Source of the DNA: Dicyema japonicum
Lineage: Eukaryota; Animalia; Dicyemida
Length of the DNA stretch: 43,232 nt
Assembly: GCA_011109175.1 (NCBI GenBank)
Contig: RDEW01000031.1
Coordinates: 722,093 to 765,324, forward strand
Direction of reading: 5' to 3'
Made by a program: the position numbers and the translations under genes. Shown in pieces: positions 36,213-43,232 of the stretch (position 1 is its first letter; each line of letters starts with the position of its first letter). The notes beneath the pieces are model-generated. The model ran no database searches, was not told the DNA's origin, and saw only the letters and a program-made list of their open reading frames with translations.

Positions 36213-36870
36213 ACTATAAAAGTAATTAAATAATTTTATTTAATAGAGTCTCAGCAGAATGACATTAAGGTAATAAAAATAATAAAATTAGATGCCTTAT
36301 TAATGCCTTACTATCTCAAAGAGAATCCAGTATCATTTATATAATCCTTAGTTCCAACACGTAGACTAAAGCCAACGATTTTTTACGAGTTTCAGATTTT
36401 GACTAGCAGGACAAAAAGATATGAAATCAAAAGTACCCAATAGTTGGAAGAAAATGAGCTAAGGTATTGATTAAAGAAACACTAAGGAAAAAGTTCGAGG
36501 CATATCCTCTAAACAAATAGAACCTAAGCCAATCTTATATCCCCAAAACTTTGCTCAACGTAAAAGAACGTAACTTTTGATCCTAATTAACTTTTAGGGA
36601 ACATTAGATGCTTCTACCATCTTTTTTAAGAACCAGATTGTTGGGATTTCTCAGTGTAACAACTTCGTTCACAGTTTCTGTAAAAACTTTCATTAAGGAA
36701 CCGGATCGTATAAAGGACTCACACAAAACAAAGAAAAAAAAAGAAGTTAAGAGAATTCTTTGGTACTCCCACTACGATTAGTTATAACATTTTTTAATAA
36801 AATTGAATAATTTATTACGTATTCCAGCTGAGGTAATCAATTGCACAATATTGTGAAAATTAGATTTTAA
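36213..36870 (+). pseudogene. Inverted DNA-level duplicate of the TPX2-like locus, pseudogenised
   Basis: Homologous to the reverse complement of 31085-31825. Keeps introns at 36222-36246 (25 nt), 36270-36291 (22 nt) and 36464-36486 (23 nt), plus an extra 22-nt intron at 36330-36351. In-frame TAG substitutions in KSTQ*LEENEL and YPLNK*. Confidence 0.8.
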
Positions 36871-36891
36871 ATTTTCTTGGGGGACAATTCA

Positions 36892-37144
36892 TCTTCGAAC
36901 CAGTGGCAGTCGAAACAACAGGAATAATTGGAAGCAGCTCACTGACGCTGATAAACAGGCGAAGAAAAATAACGATAGGAGAAAAAAAAGTTGGCTCATT
37001 GAGGGAAAATGCGTTTTCAATTATGAGAGCAGCCAGCAGTTGTTAACTGTTAGATTTTTCGTTTAAATAAAATTCAGTTAAATTAAAAATAAAATTTTAA
37101 ACTGTTTTTATAAAATAAAAAAAATAAATAAATATAATAAATAA
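36892..37144 (+). mobile_element. CRE-like retrotransposon extreme 3' end with A-rich tail
   Basis: FEPVAVETTGIIG...SIMRAASS, homologous in position to the 8180-8380 motifs, followed by aaaataaaaaaaataaataaatataataaataa. Confidence 0.6.
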
Positions 37145-37171
37145 GCGCTCTGGAACTGTGATTTTCTGGTG

Positions 37172-40100
37172 ATGAGTAGGAAAGACAATAGTAACATTAA
37201 AGTGGCAGTTAGGTAAGAATTTATTTACTATATATCAGAGTAAGACCATTAAGCAAAAACTGAATTAGAATTTCAATGTCCATTATATGTTGAAGTATTA
37301 AAGGAAACCTCACAGATCATGATAGGAGGTAATAAGTTTTACACATTCGACCATGTGTTTGATACAAACTCTAAACAGATAGAAATCTACAACCAGTTCG
37401 TCCATAATCTGATAGAAAGGTACTAATTTTAGTTTATATAGTTTTTTCGGCGGTTACAATGCTACTGTGATTGCCTACGGTCAAGTTGACGATTTTTTAA
37501 CGTTTAGACCGGTCTGGTAAATCCTACACTCAATGGGATCATCACTAGATCTCGAACTCTCCGAAGATCTTGTAGGAATAATCCCACGTGCTTTAAGTCA
37601 TTTGTACGCAGAAATTGAGAAGGGACAAGATATCTTATATCAAGTATCGATTCAGTTTGTTGAAGTATGTGACAATTATTATTATAACAGCTTACAATGA
37701 GGATATTAATGATCTTTTGGACTCTGGGTGCAAGAAGAAAATAAGATCCACGAAGACAACCAGGGAGGAATATATCTGATGGGGACAACTACCAAAATCG
37801 TCAGCAGCATTAAGGAGGTCGGATGAATTTTTGAAAAGTAGGTAACTGACCTGCTCAAAGGTGGTTGCCTTCTAAGGACAACCGGGAGCACCAATATGAA
37901 TGAAAAGTCATCCAGATCTCACATTCAATATTCTCTCTAAAATAAAGGAGAGGCCCGTACAAGACGGAAGCACCAATTTCAAGCAAGTCCTTACATCTAA
38001 ACTTAACTTTGTGGACTTGGCTGGGTCTGAACGACTAAAGCGGACCGGTGCCACAGGGAATCGAGCAAAAGAGGGATATCAATAAACTACGGCCTGGTAG
38101 ATCATTCATGACTATTCAGTTCGCTTTGGGCAATGTAATCTCTGCTTTGGCTGAAAAATCCAGGATTGGAACTTATGTGCCTTACAGAGACTCAAAGTTG
38201 ACTAGAATTTTGCAGGACTCTTTGGGAGGGAACAGTAGAACAATTATGTTGGCCTGTGTATCTCCCACTATGAGAGACTGGACGGAGACATCAGGAACTT
38301 TGGAGTACGCTAAGAAAGCCAAAATATTGAAAACAAAGCTGTGATGAACCAGGACTTGAAAATGCAAGAAATTGCATTCCTAAAGATCATATATTAGAGC
38401 TTAAGAGAGAACTAAATATTGTATTACGTTGATTTACCACAGTATAAGTGTGGGGGTTACGAAATCCGTATAAAGGAATTGGAGGAGGAGTTAATGAAGG
38501 TCCAGATGGAGAATGAAAGACTTGTTCAGCACAATGAAGATTCAAAAAATGAAAAGGAGGACACAAAATTAGAAGAAAATTTGAATAACTTGCTTAAACG
38601 GAAGCAGCTGGAGGTATTTTATATAGTGAAATCAGATTGAGTATTTAAAAAGTATAAACAAAGAAACAACTTCAATCAATGCTAAAAGTATAATATATTA
38701 TGACCATTAGCACCAAAACGGAATACTAAAGAATTGGTGGATACACGAATAAAAATGATTGATGAGTGGATTTGCAAATTTTCCGGACTACAAGTAAAAA
38801 TAGACGACATTGAGAAGGATACGTTCAGTTGGATTAAAGTAGCTTGTATGGGAACTTATAGAAACATAATTTTGTGAAACGACGGATTTTAAAGATTAAA
38901 GAAAATTTGGATAAAATTCCCTCTCATAAAACAGTTAAATCAATTTTTATATTTAAGACACAAATTGCCTCCCAAAAAATTAAACTTGAGGAGTTATCGA
39001 CGAGTTTGGAATTTTTAGTTTGAAAGAATAGATGACACAAAATTGCAGTTGAATCATTACCTCTCAAAGAAAGTAAACCTGTGTTGTTTATATTAGAATG
39101 ACTTGAGTTCGGTGGAGGAGTTTGTTACCTTTATGATGGAAGGATTTATTGAAGATAAGCAAATAAAACCTATGTTGATAAATATGATGGCCCAGATGTT
39201 GAATATGTTTGTTTGTGTTGAATATGTAGAACGTACAATTGGAACACAGCAAGAATGAAGGGGCTCTTCTAAGGGCTAGGATATCTAAACTGAACGCTCG
39301 GAGTAGTGTGCGAGCACAACTACTTGGAGATCTTGTCTCTATGATGTCACGAGAGGATGACATACTCGATATTGACCTTAGTCTGATGACAGGAGATTTC
39401 TCTGAAGATAATTCCGAAATGGAAAAAATGTCTGAAAAAGAAAAGACATGGTTTTTTACATTATTACTTTGCAGTGAATCTAACAACGAGACTGTCGATA
39501 TACAGGATAACTATATGTCTGAATTAGACGTATTCGAATATAACGTTTGCAATACGTTTAAGACTAGAATAATCTTCGTCGACGCAGGCTGACCTATTTA
39601 CCAGAGATGATCAAAGATATCCCCATACAAAGGTCAGCTAATACAAGATTAGACGATTCATATGGGTTTATTTTCGACTAATCCTAGAACTGATAGTCTA
39701 ATCAATAAATCTAGGAGGTCCCAAGACGATGACGTCCTCGATTTTGACCATAGTACTATAGCTGGAGATTTCTCGGACGACAATTTTGAAGTATTTAAAT
39801 TGTTTAATGTCAGATAAAGAGTTATTACTTTGCAGTGCATCTAACAACGAGACTGTCGATATACAGGATAACTATATGTCTGAATTAGACGGATTCGAAT
39901 ATAACGTTTGCAATACGTTTAAGACTAGAATAATCTTCGTCGACGCAGGCTGACCTATTTACCAAAGATGATCCAAGACATTGCCATGCAAATGACAGCC
40001 AATACAGGATTAGACGAATCATATGGGTTTATTTTCGACTAATCCTAGAACTGAGAGTCTAATCAATAAATCTAGGAGGTCCCAAGACGATGACGTCCTC

Positions 40101-42687
40101 GATTTTGACCATAGTACTATAGCTGGAGATTTCTCGGACGACAATTTTGAAGGTATTTAATTGTTTAATGTCAGATAAAGAGTTATTACTTTGCAGTGCA
40201 TCTAACAACGAGACTGTCGATATACAGGATAACTATATGTCTGAATTAGACGTATTCGAATATAACGTTTGCAATACGTTTAAGACTAGAATAATCTTCG
40301 TCGACGCAGGCTGACCTATTTACAAAGATGATCCAAGACATTGCCATGCAAATGACAGCCAATACAGGATTAGACGAATCATATGGGTTTATTTTCGACT
40401 AATCCTAGAACTGAGAGTCTAATCAATAAATCTAGGAGGTCCCAAGACGATGACGTCCTCGATTTTGACCATAGTACTATAGCTGGAGATTTCTCGGACG
40501 ACAATTTTGAAGGTATTTAATTGTTTAATGTCAGATAAAGAGTTATTACTTTGCAGTGCATCTAACAACGAGACTGTCGATATACAGGATAACTATATGT
40601 CTGAATTAGACGGATTCGAATATAACGTTTGCAATACGTTTAAGACTAGAATAATCTTCGTCGACGCAGGCTGACCTATTTACCAGAGATGATCAAAGAT
40701 ATCCCCATACAAAGGTCAGCTAATACAAGATTAGACGAATCATATGGGTTTATTTTCGACTAATCCTAGAACTGATAGTTTAATCAATAAATCTAGTATG
40801 TCCAAAGACGATGACGTCCTCATTGACCATAGTACTATAGCTGGAGATTTCTCGGACGACAATTTTGAAGGTATTTAATGTTTAATGTCAGATAAAAGAG
40901 TTATTACTTTGCAGTGCATCTAACAACGAGACTGTCGATATACAGGATAAACTATATGTCTGAATTAGACGGATTCGAATATAACGTTTGCAATACGTTT
41001 AAGACTAGAATAATCTTCGTCGACGCAGGCTGACCTATTTACCAGAGATGATCAAAGATTATCCCATGCAAAGGTCAGCCAATACAGATTAGACGATCAT
41101 ATGGGTTTATTTTCGACTAATCCTAGAACTGATAGTTTAATCAATAAATCTAGTATTGCCCAGACGATGACGTCCTCGATTTTGACCATAGTACTATAGC
41201 TGGAGATTTCTCGACGACAATTTTGAAGTATTTAATTGTTTAATGTCAGATAAAGAGTTATTACTTTGCAGTGCATCTAACAACGAGACTGTCGATATAC
41301 AGGATAACTATATGTCTGAATTAGACGTATTCGAATATAACGTTTGCAATACGTTTAGACTAGAATAATCTTCGTCGACGCAGGCTGACCTATTTACCAA
41401 AGATGATCAAAGATATTGCCATGCAAATGACAGCCAATACAGGATTAGACGAATCATATGGGTTTATTTTCGACTAATCCTAGAACTGATAGTTTAATCA
41501 ATAAATCTAGTATGTCCAAAGACGATGACGTCCTCGATTTTGACCATAGTTCTATAGCTGGAGATTTCTCGGACGACAATTTTGAAGGTATTTAATTGTT
41601 TAATGTCAGATAAAGAGTTATTACTTTGCAGTGCATCTAACAACGAGACTGTCGATATACAGGATAACTATATGTCTGAATTAGACGTATTCGAATATAA
41701 CGTTTGCAATACGTTTAAGACTAGAATAATCTTCGTCGACGCAGGCTGACCTATTACCAAAGATGATCAAAGATATTTGCCATGCAAATGACAGCCAATA
41801 CAGGATTAGACGAATCATATGGGTTTAATTTTCGACTAATCCTAGAACTGATAGTTTAATCAATAAATCTAGTATGTCCAAAGACGATGACGTCCTCGAT
41901 TTTGACCATAGTACTATAGCTGGAGATTTCTCGGACGACAATTTTGAAGGTATTTAATTGTTTAATGTCAGTAAAGAGTATTACTTTGCAGTGCATCTAA
42001 CAACGAGACTGTCGATATACAGGATAACTATATGTCTGAATTAGACGGATTCGAATATAACGTTTGCAATACGTTTAAGACTAGAATAATCTTCGTCGAC
42101 GCAGGCTGACCTATTTACCAAAAGATGATCAAAGATATTGCCATGCAAAATGACAGCCAATACAGGATTAGAACGAATCATATGGGTTTATTTTCGACTA
42201 ATCCTAGAACTGATAGTTTAATCAATAAATCTAGTATGTCCAAAGACGATGACGTCCTCGATTTTGACCATAGTACTATAGCTGGAGATTTTGGACGACA
42301 ATTTTGAGGTATTTAATTGTTTAATGTCAGATAAAGAGTTATTACTTTGCAGTGCATCTAACAACGAGACTGTCGATATACAGGATAACTATATGTCTGA
42401 ATTAGACGTATTCGAATATAACGTTTGCAATACGTTTAAGACTAGAATAATCTTTCGTCGACGCAGGCTGACCTATTTACCAAAGATGATCAAAGATATT
42501 GCCATGCAAATGACAGCCAATACAGGATTAGACGAATCATATGGGTTTATTTTCGACTAATCCTAGAACTGATAGTTTAATCAATAAATCTAGTATGTCC
42601 CAAGACGATGACGTCCTCGATTTTGACCATAGTACTATAGCTGGAGATTTCTCGGAGGACGATGACGAGTTTGATAAAAAAAATTGA
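37172..42687 (+). CDS. Kinesin-4 family motor (KIF21/KIF4/KIF27-like): N-terminal motor, coiled coil, long repeat tail; many micro-introns
   Basis: IKVAVR|[23 protein letters not shown]|TG(S)[40 protein letters not shown](I)SINYGL|[40 protein letters not shown]. Introns at 37213-37238, 37420-37441, 37485-37507, 37665-37690, 37818-37841, 38097-38119, 38421-38442 and 38614-38635, with more likely in the stalk. About ten 1-nt indels but no substitution stops seen in the motor domain. The motor call is secure; the stalk exon model is approximate. Confidence 0.9.
39462..42657 (+). repeat. 361-bp tandem array (~8.8 copies), each unit 3 exons + 3 micro-introns encoding 98 aa
   Basis: gacctatt anchor at 39591, 39952, 40313, 40673, 41032, 41387, 41748, 42108 and 42470. 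Unit 39929-40289 splices with no correction (introns 40027-40048, 40153-40174, 40267-40289). Confidence 0.97.
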
Positions 42688-42764
42688 AGATTAATTAAAT
42701 TTTGTTAAAAGTTGATTTTCTTTATAAAATTATTATTCAGTTTATTATTATATAAAAAAATGTC

Positions 42765-43232
42765 TTTTGTTCACAAGCTCTCTTATTCGCAACATATATA
42801 ATATTGTTTGTTTTACGATCATATTTCTTTAAGCACTGAGGATTTTTTACTTTTATCACTAAAATAATGGATTGCAAATTTTTCTATTTTTGAACGACAA
42901 AGCAATGCTATAATTTTTTCTCTGTCTCTTTTTTCATTGCAATTTGATGACAGTAGTGCATACGAATAGCTGTGTTGCCTTTTCAAATAAATGCATGTTT
43001 CATCACAGTTATAATTTTTTTTCTGGAAAATAAGCACGATTTAGACAAAAATGATTGTATATTTTTCTAAATTTCTTAGCTATTCTTTCCACGACTGTTT
43101 TTTTTAGTTCAATATCGTTGGCCATTACTCTTTAAGAACTTTTTTGTTCTAATGATTTCCTTAGCAATCTTGTTTTTGGCATTTGAATCAAGTTTCAATT
43201 CTCTTTTTGATGTCATAGAGGTTAATTACAAA
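42765..43232 (-). mobile_element. pogo/Tigger-like (DDE_1) transposase remnant; continues past the window end
   Basis: NYNCDETCIYLK, EKIIALLC.S..EK and, in another frame, IYVANKRA. These match the first catalytic D region and downstream motifs of pogo-type transposases. Confidence 0.7.

Noticed and set aside
876-39840. Many 60-130 aa ORFs in the track, antisense to LINE, kinesin or TE remnants (e.g. 876-1085, 3099-3434, 18567-18881, 38182-38367, 39088-39486)
   Set aside because: They are shadow ORFs explained by the coding strand opposite.
29260-42657. Tandem arrays and the 15-bp repeat as CRISPR arrays
   Set aside because: No unique spacers between identical repeats, no cas genes, and a eukaryotic context.

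Overview
AT-rich eukaryotic genomic DNA in the standard genetic code. Most of the window is degenerate transposable elements: Jockey/I-like, RTE-like, CRE-like and NeSL/R2-like non-LTR retrotransposon fragments, plus Merlin/IS1595-like, pogo-like and integrase remnants. The ORF track misses the host genes because they are split by 22-30 nt GT-AG micro-introns and by single-base indels that look like long-read errors. Manual splicing recovers a kinesin-4 gene (37172-42687, +), a very short TPX2-like gene (31384-31864, -) with an inverted pseudogenised duplicate (36213-36870, +), and a small acidic orphan gene (13911-14317, -). The strongest signal is the apparent 361-bp satellite at 39.46-42.66 kb. 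Each unit contains three micro-introns (23+22+22 nt), and removing them leaves exactly 294 nt, an open 98-codon repeat. It is in frame with the kinesin stalk upstream and a unique stop-containing end downstream, so it appears to be a roughly 9-copy spliced coding repeat forming a tail of about 870 aa. Other structures are a ~165-bp satellite with a distant relic 17 kb away, a 156-bp near-perfect inverted repeat pair 13.6 kb apart, a SINE-like repeat with a 3' stem-loop, and an apparent conversion tract between LINE copies. No rRNA, tRNA, snRNA or CRISPR array was recognised. All family calls are from motif recognition by eye, not database searches. The organism is inferred, not shown, to be a micro-intron metazoan parasite such as a dicyemid or myxozoan.
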